A stretch of DNA of 64,000 nt, from the IMG/VR virus record IMGVR_UViG_3300050821_003948, positions 3,253-67,252 of that record, one strand, 5' to 3'. Within the stretch, counting starts at the first letter, position 1; each line of letters opens with the position of its first letter. Under the pieces are notes generated by a model. The model ran no database searches and had not been told where the DNA came from. It saw only the letters and a program-made list of their open reading frames with translations. This document shows positions 19,447 to 27,612 of the stretch, piece after piece. This DNA is from a virus. Both the position numbers and the translations under genes were made by a program.

Positions 19447-19817
19447 GAATCACCTGGAATCAGTCTCGCCACAATGCGAAAACGGCCCCATGAGTTGCCC
19501 CATAAGGCCGTTCCCTTGCAGGGGGGGGCTGCAACAACACTACGAACAAACGGCCCGAGAGCCACTAAGGCCGAACCTCATCATCGCGATTCCCTGCCAT
19601 TCCGTCAAGAGCCCCCGTGATCAATCCTCAAGCCACCACGGTTGGGCTTTGAATGACCGGCGTTTCTTGGTCTTTTTTGCGTTGCCGGACTGTAGCGCAG
19701 CCTTACGGCTGGGGCGAAGCAATCTGCGCAGGCTCCATCGGCCGTAGGACATGCGCTTCAACGCGTCATCGCGTTCGCGTTCCTCTTCGGTGTAGGGTTG
19801 GGCTGAGAAGTATTCGG

Positions 19818-20573
19818 TCATTTCCCGCTGTTTATCACAAGATTCGGTGGAAATGGAAGGGGAGGACCTTGCTTTCGTTCGGCCTTGCGGTTCCCGACAC
19901 GCTGATCGATGACGGCTATGAGTCGGGCACCTTGGAGATTTTCGGCGCCGGCAGCATCCATAATCGTTTGCAGGTCCGATTCGTTCCCGTCGAGTGCCGC
20001 GAGCCATTTAGCGATTTGGGATCGGGCTGCAAGGCCGCGCACTCCGACACGCTTGATGAGAAATCCCGTACTCTGCTCGTAAAACTCATCTGCTCGCCCA
20101 CCTGTAGCGGATCGGTTTGTATTAAGAGTCTTAGAATCTAGATTCTTGTTTTGATTTTGATTGGAAGCTCCAAGCATATGCTCGGTTGATGCTACGGTAA
20201 TGTTCGACTCCAACGAGTCCAATGGCTTACGCGAAGTCAGAGAGGGGTCAGCTTTGCCAAACCTGTGCGCGGCAGCTTTCGCGGCCTTGGTTCGGCGTTG
20301 TTCTACGAGAAAGATCGTCATGAGAATCGTCGGACATGAGACTTTGCCGCCGATGGCGTTGAGCTTGCCCATTACCGCAGGCGCGATAATCCCCCATCTG
20401 CTGCCCGCGCGGGCATATCTGGCGAGTTTTTTCTGATCGTCCGGCAGGTAGCCGCCTGCCCGCCATAACGCCCGCTGTAGCCGCACGAATGCCCCGAGTT
20501 CCTCGTTCGTCAACTCTTCGGTGGTTGCGCTGGCGTCGTTGACGTGTTCGGGGCGATAGGGAAGGTGGCTCAT
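19818..20573 (-). CDS. YdaU/DUF1376-family putative replication initiator (start reassigned to MSHLPY)
   Basis: LTNEELGAFVRL...W..GG.LPDD..KLAR; ASNQNQN linker. Confidence 0.7.
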   Translation of the reverse strand: MSHLPYRPEHVNDASATTEELTNEELGAFVRLQRALWRAGGYLPDDQKKLARYARAGSRWGIIAPAVMGKLNAIGGKVSCPTILMTIFLVEQRRTKAAKAAAHRFGKADPSLTSRKPLDSLESNITVASTEHMLGASNQNQNKNLDSKTLNTNRSATGGRADEFYEQSTGFLIKRVGVRGLAARSQIAKWLAALDGNESDLQTIMDAAGAENLQGARLIAVIDQRVGNRKAERKQGPPLPFPPNLVINSGK

Positions 20574-20658
20574 CGCGTTTTCCAGTCGGGGACGGCTGCG
20601 TCGCCTTCCGCAATCCATTCTTCCCAAAAGTCTTTGGGGCAGGTGCCCACTAGGTCTG

Positions 20659-20964
20659 TCATCTGAACCCATTCTTCCTCGGAACCGCCGTCATCGCATC
20701 CGGCGTCTGCCACCCCAACGCCGCATTAACGCACGTTGCTGCACTCGATGACATGAAGGATTGTGTTGGTTGTGGAGGGAAATAGGCGCCGACGAGTGGG
20801 GTATCGTCGATCTTAGGGCCGAGCGTGAAGCTCTCCTGGCCGCGTTCTCTTGCCGCTAACATGGCGTGGGCGAAAGCGAGATTCATTTCGATGCATTCTC
20901 GGCGCTCGAAGAAACCGAGTGTTGAGTCTGTTGATGCTGGGTCGGTCAATGGGTAGCGTGTCAT
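20659..20964 (-). CDS. Hypothetical protein
   Basis: 101 aa ORF in the replication operon. Confidence 0.5.
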   Translation of the reverse strand: MTRYPLTDPASTDSTLGFFERRECIEMNLAFAHAMLAARERGQESFTLGPKIDDTPLVGAYFPPQPTQSFMSSSAATCVNAALGWQTPDAMTAVPRKNGFR

Positions 20965-20978
20965 GATTCCCCCGATGC

Positions 20979-21044
20979 TGTTTGTTTGTTAGACTGGCTA
21001 CCTTGGCTGTCGATTTGCTTGTTAGGATTTTACGGCCATAGAGG
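20979..21044 (+). repeat. Bipartite site, family B (left-type)
   Basis: tgtttgtttGTTAGACTGGCTACCTTGG-N23-TTACGGCCATAGAG. Confidence 0.92.
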
Positions 21045-21047
21045 TTG

Positions 21048-21902
21048 TTAGTGTCCTCTTCCGGCGACGTAGAGCGCTCGCGGCTTTCCTTCACCGTTCT
21101 TCACGCGGAGATATTTATCGGTCTCACAGAGGATGTTCGGTACGTCGCTGAAATCCATCCGCACGCCGGTCTCGGCTTCCACTATCTTGTAAATGGCCCG
21201 CATTTCGGACAGCGCTTGCCCCTGCGTGAGCGGCCGATCGACGGGGCGCCCCTGCACGCGGTTCAGACCGCGGATAGTGCCGGGGCCAGCGGCGGCCCAA
21301 AGGGCCGCGTCGGGAGCGTCTTTCAGCAAATCGGTGAAACGCATATCGACCACGGCCTGGTAGGCCATGAAAGGCCCCCAGCCGTTCGACCGCGTGATCC
21401 ATTCGTGGGTGCCCTGCAGCGTTGATGCTTTGAAACCGCCGCGCCGTTTCCACAGGTCGCCGATGACCGTCTCTGCAATATATTTTTGTTTATCGGCTCC
21501 CTTCTGTGCGGGCGCGGAAATCATGTAAGCGCCAGTGTATACCTTCTCCCCCCGTTCCTTGCGCGCGTTCAAAACAGCGGTCATCTTCTCGCAAAAATCA
21601 AACCGCGTAGTGTCGGGCCATGCGCAGTGGTCTATTAGTTCGGTAAGCGTGTCAGGCCAGTTTATCTGCCGCGCGATGCAAAGCATGAGCCAGAGGAAAG
21701 GCGAGACAGCGAAAGCGGGACGATTGCGGATGTTGTCCCGAATCCATACCGTGACCCGGTCATCCTCACGTCGGACGTTGCAAAAGCGGTAGGTCGCTAG
21801 GATAGCGTCGCTGGTCCAAGGCTGCGGCTTGCCTTTCTCCTTGATCACGCGGATGCGCTCGCGCTCACGGACCCAATAGAACAGCGGTTCGTAACAAGGC
21901 AT
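21048..21902 (-). CDS. 5-hmdU DNA kinase-like (aGPT-Pplase1) helical-domain protein
   Basis: YWVRERERIR..PWT.D.IL..YRFCNVRREDDRVT, YTGAY, GPFMAYQ..D, GPG..RGL, LCETDKY. Confidence 0.8.
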   Translation of the reverse strand: MPCYEPLFYWVRERERIRVIKEKGKPQPWTSDAILATYRFCNVRREDDRVTVWIRDNIRNRPAFAVSPFLWLMLCIARQINWPDTLTELIDHCAWPDTTRFDFCEKMTAVLNARKERGEKVYTGAYMISAPAQKGADKQKYIAETVIGDLWKRRGGFKASTLQGTHEWITRSNGWGPFMAYQAVVDMRFTDLLKDAPDAALWAAAGPGTIRGLNRVQGRPVDRPLTQGQALSEMRAIYKIVEAETGVRMDFSDVPNILCETDKYLRVKNGEGKPRALYVAGRGH

Positions 21903-21924
21903 CCCAGAAACTCCCCTTTCCCAC

Positions 21925-21991
21925 CCTCTATGGCCGTAAGAATCTCACAGAACAATCGCACGCCAAGGTAGCCAGTCTAACCAAACAAACA
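21925..21991 (-). repeat. Bipartite site, family B (right-type)
   Basis: cctctatggccgtaagaatctcacagaac...ccaaggtagccagtctaaccaaacaaaca; inverted copy of 20979-21044. Confidence 0.92.
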
Positions 21992-21992
21992 A

Positions 21993-23357
21993 CTAAGACG
22001 CTCTCCCATGCAGCGGGTTTGTTAGATCGGTAAACGCAGCATACTCAGCAAACGTCGGCGCAAGTCCCGGCAAAACTAATTCCGGCAACGAAGAAGGTGA
22101 ACCCGCGTCCGCCACGGGCACATGAGGGGCTTTCGGTTGATGGTCGGACGCGGGTTCGGACACTGACGCTTTGGATTGGGCGGCGTCAGTGCCATACGAA
22201 TCGGGAACGGTTTTGGAGTCGTGATTCGTTCTTGAGTCGTCAGTGATTCGTTCTGCGGTATTACGAGACTGATTGCCCCATGTGTAAAAGTTATTGGGCA
22301 GAATGTGTTCGTCGTCCTCGCGCGCAAACAATTCGAGCACAGGAAGATTGCCCGTCATCGCGTTAATCATGTCACGGTAATACGTAGGCTTTGCCGAATG
22401 GTCGGTTGCGCGCTCGCGGTGATTCGATCCCACCTTGACATCGGTATTCGGCTTGGGAAGGCCGCGGCCTCGTTTAAAGAGGCACAGAACCTCATCCTGA
22501 TCCCACACGATAAGCCCGAGGCCATGATCTTCGGGGCATTCCTCATCGGTTTTTGTCCAGATGAAGCACGTCGAATAGGCGTCGAAGCCCCATGCTTGAG
22601 CTACGGCGTAGGCGAGTGGGAGTTTGACCTTGCAGCGGCCTAGCGGCGTTTCGATTTCCGTGGGGTGAAGGGCAAGAAGATGGGCGCGGGGTATCCAGAG
22701 GAATAGCCAAGCATCAGGAAGGGTGCGATTCGCCACCGGCATGGCGAGAATTTCGTCCCACGTTTCGGTCGTGTAGTGATTCTCGTAGGCTCGGTTGCCT
22801 ATTCCGGCTTTGCGGCGCCATGCGGGGTCCGCATAGATCACGGGGAATTTGCGGCCGGTCGGTTGAAGGGCTGTAGCATCGGAGAGTTCTTGAGCAAGTT
22901 GCCGCCGGCTTTGCGCGTTCCGCGACGCCAGTTCCCCATTGATTACGTCCAAGGCGAGTTTCTTGCGCTTTTTGCTTTCCGTTCCGAAGCGTTGGAGCAT
23001 ATCGTCCACACCGTCTTGCCCAAGGTCTGCGATTTTGCGCGAGACTGCCGACAGGTGCCGATCGATACCGACATCTTCTAGGGTTGAGCAAGATTCACTC
23101 CCCGAATCTTGACCTTTGCGCCGGCCCCCATGAGTCGCGATGATGCCGCTTTCCTCGCCTTGACGGATCATCACACCCAATCGGGCTTCCGCTCGTATTC
23201 GCAGCGTGCGAGCGTCTATTTCCAAGTCTATATTTTTCGCCACACGCCCCACAGCTTCAATAGCCCGCGCCTCGACATGCACCTTCATTACTTCATCCGC
23301 GCTCACAGCGTCGGCGAGCGCGCGACAAGCGGCGTCGTATTTGGCGAGCGCGTTCAT
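21993..23357 (-). CDS. MT-A70-family adenine methyltransferase with N-terminal extension
   Basis: KFPVIYADPAW (DPPW variant), LFLW, AWGF, FIW.K, HSAKP, LELFAR. Confidence 0.85.
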   Translation of the reverse strand: MNALAKYDAACRALADAVSADEVMKVHVEARAIEAVGRVAKNIDLEIDARTLRIRAEARLGVMIRQGEESGIIATHGGRRKGQDSGSESCSTLEDVGIDRHLSAVSRKIADLGQDGVDDMLQRFGTESKKRKKLALDVINGELASRNAQSRRQLAQELSDATALQPTGRKFPVIYADPAWRRKAGIGNRAYENHYTTETWDEILAMPVANRTLPDAWLFLWIPRAHLLALHPTEIETPLGRCKVKLPLAYAVAQAWGFDAYSTCFIWTKTDEECPEDHGLGLIVWDQDEVLCLFKRGRGLPKPNTDVKVGSNHRERATDHSAKPTYYRDMINAMTGNLPVLELFAREDDEHILPNNFYTWGNQSRNTAERITDDSRTNHDSKTVPDSYGTDAAQSKASVSEPASDHQPKAPHVPVADAGSPSSLPELVLPGLAPTFAEYAAFTDLTNPLHGRAS

Positions 23358-23662
23358 ATCAGTCCCTTATCCTTCGCCAGCCATTGCGGCAGCGTGAGCA
23401 CGATCAATCCTGGCTCGGCCTTGACGTATTCAACTTGCGACCGCGGGAGCCAAATCCAAGTTTTGGTGGGCTTTGCCGGGTCGGCAATAGCAATCGCCTT
23501 CTTGTTCGGATCGTCCATCATGATCCAGACGGTCAGATCGACAAGATCAGAGGCGCCGTTGACGCGTTGCGGTCTTACTCTTTTGTCCGCTGATTCGTTG
23601 TCGCCGAATCGTCCGCGCTCGCGTGGGGTGAACATATCGTCGGTTCCGATTTCTCGCGGCAT
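23354..23662 (-). CDS. Hypothetical phage protein
   Basis: WLPRSQ..LPQWLA.DKGL motif. Confidence 0.65.
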   Translation of the reverse strand: MPREIGTDDMFTPRERGRFGDNESADKRVRPQRVNGASDLVDLTVWIMMDDPNKKAIAIADPAKPTKTWIWLPRSQVEYVKAEPGLIVLTLPQWLAKDKGLI

Positions 23663-23663
23663 T

Positions 23664-24188
23664 TCATTGGCCTTTCGGATTCGGCATCGCCAGCGGCTTC
23701 AACTCACCGCGATAGCTCGGCATATCCTTGATGCCTAGCTGCATCCGTTCGTCGAAATGCTTGTGAGGATCACGCTGCACCAAAACCAAACTCTCGCAAT
23801 CAAGGTCGAAGATCGGTTTCTTGCTCCGCTCAAAATACGAAACTTCATGTGCGATTCCAACGCTCGATTCCCATCCTTGCATGTGAGCGACGATGAGTGA
23901 ATCGCAGGCGTCCATCAAGCGCTCTTGAACTGGCTTCCAAGCTGGATAATCGAGAGGGTCAAGATTCCCATATTTGACGTAAGGAAAAGCATGAGAGATT
24001 GGCGAGAATGTCGGGATGCCGATAGCAAACAAACGACCGGCTAGAATCGCCACGTCGATGAAAGCTTGCTCCATGCCGGCGGGGTAGTGAGTGTAAGGAC
24101 TTGCGAGATAGCGCAGTGTTTCAGCCACTTTCTTCCCCCTGTGAAAAATCCAGATTATCAAACAGCGTTTCCGCTTCGTGATTCGCAA
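23664..24188 (-). CDS. DUF1937-family protein (nucleoside deoxyribosyltransferase-like fold)
   Basis: YLASPYT, FSPISH, GWESSVGI..E. Confidence 0.75.
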   Translation of the reverse strand: MRITKRKRCLIIWIFHRGKKVAETLRYLASPYTHYPAGMEQAFIDVAILAGRLFAIGIPTFSPISHAFPYVKYGNLDPLDYPAWKPVQERLMDACDSLIVAHMQGWESSVGIAHEVSYFERSKKPIFDLDCESLVLVQRDPHKHFDERMQLGIKDMPSYRGELKPLAMPNPKGQ

Positions 24189-24354
24189 AGATATAAGGCC
24201 GTCGCGCCGTCAGACTCTCATCAACAAAACGCCTTCGGTGTGCATCGCGCAAGTCTCTTCGTTCTGCGGGAGAGAGTGAACTGAAAGTTTGCATTGTTTC
24301 CATTACAAAGGCTGTGATTTGTTGGTCGGTTTTGTTGAGCGAGCGTTGAGTCAT
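24121..24354 (-). CDS. Hypothetical protein
   Basis: 77 aa ORF in operon. Confidence 0.45.
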   Translation of the reverse strand: MTQRSLNKTDQQITAFVMETMQTFSSLSPAERRDLRDAHRRRFVDESLTARRPYIFANHEAETLFDNLDFSQGEESG

Positions 24355-24362
24355 TGTTTGAG

Positions 24363-24427
24363 GTTTGTTTGGGCAGCTTGGCTACCTTGTCTCTCAACTA
24401 TCCTGAGCGGATTTTACCGCCATAGAG
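24363..24427 (+). repeat. Bipartite site, family B (left-type)
   Basis: gtttgtttgggcagcTTGGCTACCTTG-...-TTACcGCCATAGAG. Confidence 0.85.
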
Positions 24428-24858
24428 TCTTGAGACTTATAACCGTTTAAATCGGTCGCATAAGTTGTCTCAGCCAACACGCGACGCGGATCGTCTTTCG
24501 TCCGCTTGAGCACAAAGGCGTCATATTCATTGTAGATATCCTTCAAAGAAGACAGAAATGTTTTGCTTACCATGCGAGGATCAAAAACTTCCCAATCTTT
24601 TCTCAGATGTTGAATTTTTCCAGCCGCCGCAATCGCATCATCCAAGGAATGAAAGTCTGCGGAAAATCCAAATCCGCTTGGAAGGTGTGTGATATTGAAA
24701 ATGAAATCGCTCACACCGCCATTTGTTAATCGACCGTGGGCCGCGAGTGCGCCGACGATTACCGCCGGCACTTTTCTCGTTCCGTGGACCGTTCGTATTT
24801 CGATCTTTTGTTTTCTTTGCTTCCCCATATCTCCACCAATGATTGAACGTGAGATCAC
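24394..24858 (-). CDS. Hypothetical accessory protein bracketed by B and E sites
   Basis: AT-richer ORF; likely start MGKQ after a GGAG SD. Confidence 0.55.
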   Translation of the reverse strand: MISRSIIGGDMGKQRKQKIEIRTVHGTRKVPAVIVGALAAHGRLTNGGVSDFIFNITHLPSGFGFSADFHSLDDAIAAAGKIQHLRKDWEVFDPRMVSKTFLSSLKDIYNEYDAFVLKRTKDDPRRVLAETTYATDLNGYKSQDSMAVKSAQDS

Positions 24859-24889
24859 AGTCGCTCGCGCGGATTCTAATGACCCAAAA
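24843..24889 (-). repeat. Bipartite site, subfamily E
   Basis: ttgaacg...cgctcgcgcggattctaaTGACCCAAAA; TGA-TGA distance 36. Confidence 0.6.
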
Positions 24890-25583
24890 CCTTCACTTCC
24901 CGACTTCCCGCAAGCCTAACCGCCTCAATTGCCAGCGTTTGTTCGGCCAGCGCCGCCAAATACCGCTGATGCCGCTCAAAAGCGTCCGCATAGTCCTTCT
25001 TGCCCTCTAGCCGTTCCAGCGCTTTGCCGAGCATATCCACCCGTTTCAGCGTTTTTGCGCGTGTTTTCAGTAGGACATTGAGCGGAGAGGGTTCTATGGG
25101 CAATGTTTCACGTGAAACATGCGGACGCACGGGGCGCCCGGCAGGTTTTGAAATCGACAGCGTGTCGGTCACGGAAAGATACGAAAAACAATGGATATTC
25201 ATATATTTACATGCACGAACAATAATACCGATTGCCAGCGCATCACCCCGTTCTATGCGACTTATTGTCACAGGGGAAAGACCGGCAACGACGCCGGCCA
25301 GCGCCTGATCGTGCCCGTTTAGGCCCCGTTTGAGGCAAAGCGCCATGGAAAGGAAGCCAAAATCGAAGTCAGAAGGTCTTTCCGGCATGGAATAGGGGAT
25401 TTCCGGCATGGTATCATGCCGAATCGCCACGCAAATCCGCAGGAATGGAATGGTGGGACAGGGGCGCCCCGACTGCGCATTGAGGAAGTCCCGCGGTGTC
25501 ACCCCGGCCTTATAAGCGAGTTGGGCGTAATCCCCGATGGTGTCGAGGGCTTGGGCCAGGCGTTCGCGGGGGCTTGAAGTCAT
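24876..25583 (-). CDS. Tandem XRE-HTH domain protein
   Basis: QLAYKAGVT..F and AGLSPVTISRIERG helix-turn-helix segments. Confidence 0.65.
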   Translation of the reverse strand: MTSSPRERLAQALDTIGDYAQLAYKAGVTPRDFLNAQSGRPCPTIPFLRICVAIRHDTMPEIPYSMPERPSDFDFGFLSMALCLKRGLNGHDQALAGVVAGLSPVTISRIERGDALAIGIIVRACKYMNIHCFSYLSVTDTLSISKPAGRPVRPHVSRETLPIEPSPLNVLLKTRAKTLKRVDMLGKALERLEGKKDYADAFERHQRYLAALAEQTLAIEAVRLAGSREVKVLGH

Positions 25584-25975
25584 TGAAGTTGTTGTCTCAT
25601 TCTTGGCCGAGTGGGCGATGGCTCATCGGGGTCACACGACTGTCGGATCGGACTCGTTGGAGAAAGGCCAAACGACCTCCCGGAAGTCAGGATTCTCTTT
25701 TGCCAGCATAAACATGCCCAGCCCATGCACAGCATCCCCTCCCGCGCCGGCTCGTGGCAGTAGAATTCCCGACCCTCCATGACGCATTTCAGGGCATCCA
25801 TCTGAGTCTCGGGGGAGCCGTTGGCCACGTGGTCACCTTGGCGAAAAGCGCAGGAATTGCAGCGGGGCGGCAATTCCGGGAAGCGAAGCCGAGCTTTCGG
25901 CTCCTCGTCGTCGCAGAACTTGGCCATGCGGGCGCCAATCTCACGGCCTTCGGGGGTGGCGCGGTTGCGAATCAT
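25580..25975 (-). CDS. Cys-rich hypothetical protein, possibly frameshifted
   Basis: C.SCAFR, FYCH, C.GW motifs. Confidence 0.5.
   Translation of the reverse strand: MIRNRATPEGREIGARMAKFCDDEEPKARLRFPELPPRCNSCAFRQGDHVANGSPETQMDALKCVMEGREFYCHEPAREGMLCMGWACLCWQKRILTSGRSFGLSPTSPIRQSCDPDEPSPTRPRMRQQLQ
25592..25635 (+). repeat. Bipartite site, subfamily D
   Basis: TTGTCTCATTC-N19-CTCAtcggGGTCAC; distance 35. Confidence 0.65.
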
Positions 25976-26175
25976 GCTGCACCTGGAGGTGGGTAAAAGT
26001 CCGGCCGCTGCTCATGCCTGGGGATTTGGAGGGCCTTTTCGATCTTTAGCACCTGAGCCACAGGGATTTGTTCCCATTGGTCCACAGCCTGGGGCGTGAT
26101 CTTCAAAATCCGAGCTAGGGCGCTAGGGCCGCCTGCCCGTCCGATGGCCTCTTTGAGTGCCTGCTTTGTCGTCAT
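25972..26175 (-). CDS. Cro/YdaS-like transcriptional regulator
   Basis: AI..AGG..ALAR.L.ITPQAV.QW..IP.....IE......RHE.RPDFY. Confidence 0.85.
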   Translation of the reverse strand: MTTKQALKEAIGRAGGPSALARILKITPQAVDQWEQIPVAQVLKIEKALQIPRHEQRPDFYPPPGAA

Positions 26176-26206
26176 GGACGTAGGTAATCACAGTTCCAAA
26201 ATAATT

Positions 26207-26246
26207 TCAAGTAGTGCTTGACAACATTCAAGGGCGGCTTTAATCT
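26207..26246 (+). promoter_or_regulatory. Rightward sigma70-like promoter overlapped by two operator-like palindromes
   Basis: TTGACA(26218)-N17-TAATCT; TCAAG-N5-CTTGA (26207-26221) and TCAAG-N5-CTTTA (26228-26242). Confidence 0.7.
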
Positions 26247-26273
26247 CCAATTATCGAACACAGGGGACTAGCC

Positions 26274-26459
26274 ATGACTACCAAGGAAAAAGAGCACTTC
26301 AAGTTTGCGCCCGGCGACCAAATCCAAGACCTGACTTTCGACCCGCCAATGAACGGCGTCGTTGTTGCCAAACACGATAAGCCGAATGCCTACTATGTCC
26401 GGCTCGCGAACGCCAGCAACGACGTAGTGATCCACGCGCGCAACCTTCGGTTTGCGTAG
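26274..26459 (+). CDS. Small hypothetical protein (first rightward gene)
   Basis: 61 aa with GGGGA SD. Confidence 0.55.
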   Translation: MTTKEKEHFKFAPGDQIQDLTFDPPMNGVVVAKHDKPNAYYVRLANASNDVVIHARNLRFA

Positions 26460-26465
26460 TGATAA

Positions 26466-26513
26466 GGTGACCGAGTCCGGCGGCAAAGAACACTCCAACC
26501 TCTCGTGAGCCAA
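26466..26513 (-). repeat. Bipartite site, subfamily A (long)
   Basis: GGTGACCGAGTCCGG-N19-CTCTCGTGAgCCAA. Confidence 0.9.
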
Positions 26514-26515
26514 CC

Positions 26516-26746
26516 ATGTCTAAACTTCTTACCTTCTCTCCCCGCAACAACACTTCCGCCATCAACGCGGTAGCCGTAGCACAACATTCCGACCCGATGA
26601 AGAACCACGCCATGGTCTTAGGACGGGAATTGTTGTTGGAGCAACTGAGAGAGAAGTACGAAGTGTTGGTCTTGGGATTTGCGTTGAGTGTGTGTGTCAA
26701 TATCGGCGGAATTATCTACTTTCTGATCGAGATAGCGAAGCAGTAG
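26516..26746 (+). CDS. Small membrane protein
   Basis: C-terminal hydrophobic helix. Confidence 0.5.
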   Translation: MSKLLTFSPRNNTSAINAVAVAQHSDPMKNHAMVLGRELLLEQLREKYEVLVLGFALSVCVNIGGIIYFLIEIAKQ

Positions 26747-26752
26747 TAGGTG

Positions 26753-26803
26753 TTGGGTCATTCCAGATCACGGGCTACGAATACGACACGGAAATTCATA
26801 CGG
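26753..26803 (+). repeat. Bipartite site, subfamily C
   Basis: TTGGGTCATTCcaGATCACGGG...CGACACGGAAATTCAtACGG; direct repeat of 27546-27596. Confidence 0.88.
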
Positions 26804-26819
26804 GCTTTAGGAGAGTGGA

Positions 26820-27029
26820 ATGACTATTGTAACGCGCATTGTCTGCGCCGCCTGCGAAGGAGAAGGTAGAACTTGGTTTCCTTTTGCTCCTAGGACAATC
26901 GGCTACTTTTTTAAGCGCGCAGTGCCATGCTTAGTCTGCGAAGGCGAAAAATACGTTTACCATGAAGTTGACGACACTGCGGACCGGATGAAACGCATGG
27001 CTAAAATAAGAAGCGCCATCATCAGGTGA
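26820..27029 (+). CDS. Small zinc-finger-like protein (CxxCxGxG and CxxCxG)
   Basis: CAACEGEG, CLVCEG; stop TGA lies inside the repeat at 27025. Confidence 0.6.
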   Translation: MTIVTRIVCAACEGEGRTWFPFAPRTIGYFFKRAVPCLVCEGEKYVYHEVDDTADRMKRMAKIRSAIIR

Positions 27030-27064
27030 CCGCACCGTAACCACCGCCATACCCGTGACCCAAA
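27025..27064 (-). repeat. Bipartite site, subfamily A (short)
   Basis: GGTGACCGCACCGTA...cccGTGACCCAAA; matches the reverse complement of 11865-11902; distance 29. Confidence 0.8.
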
Positions 27065-27543
27065 TCGACCTAACACCGCAACAGGGGCTTCCAATGACCG
27101 ACAAGATCACAGGCGACTTCGACGTTTCCACCGAGCCGGTCATGAAGGACCGCCAGACCTTGATCGACGTTCTCAGCCGAGCAAATAACGGGCGCCATAA
27201 CGCGATTGCGACCGTGCATCGCGAGGCCGTTCAAACTCTGGCGCGGTTGTATGTGCCGCATATCTCCCCTTCACCGTCGCCGGATCAGTTCCGGGACATG
27301 GCGGACTTTGTGCTCCATTGGGCGCGGATTGCGGATCGGGTTTTGAAGATCGTTGGGGAGGAAGCCAATTCCAACACGTCGGAAGTTCTTGGCATGTCGG
27401 ATTTCGACGGGGCTTTTGTTGGTGCTGTCGAAGGGAATGCAACCTTTCAGTTGGAGCGTTGCGCCCAGGCGGTCGAAGCCGAAGAAGAGTATGGCGACTA
27501 CTATGCCGATGATGAGTATGAGGAACGGGAAGCGACAAGGTAG
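27055..27543 (+). CDS. Hypothetical protein with acidic C-terminus
   Basis: 162 aa ORF. Confidence 0.55.
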   Translation: MTQIDLTPQQGLPMTDKITGDFDVSTEPVMKDRQTLIDVLSRANNGRHNAIATVHREAVQTLARLYVPHISPSPSPDQFRDMADFVLHWARIADRVLKIVGEEANSNTSEVLGMSDFDGAFVGAVEGNATFQLERCAQAVEAEEEYGDYYADDEYEEREATR

Positions 27544-27545
27544 GC

Positions 27546-27596
27546 TTGGGTCATTCTGGATCACGGGTGGCTTTGGCGACACGGAAATTCACACGG
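27546..27596 (+). repeat. Bipartite site, subfamily C
   Basis: TTGGGTCATTCtgGATCACGGG...CGACACGGAAATTCAcACGG. Confidence 0.88.
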
Positions 27597-27612
27597 ACGT
27601 TGGAGTTGAAAA

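Noticed and set aside
19470-19540. Stem-loop region considered as a tRNA/ncRNA
   Set aside because: No cloverleaf or T-loop motif; no tRNA or rRNA was recognised anywhere in the window.
19581-19626. Degenerate site-like string (cgcgattccc...cccgtgatcaat)
   Set aside because: The inner box is poorly matched.
26268-26513. Minus-strand ORF starting MAHER..PPDSVT
   Set aside because: It is antisense to 26274-26459, which has a promoter and SD; it is probably a by-product of the repeat.
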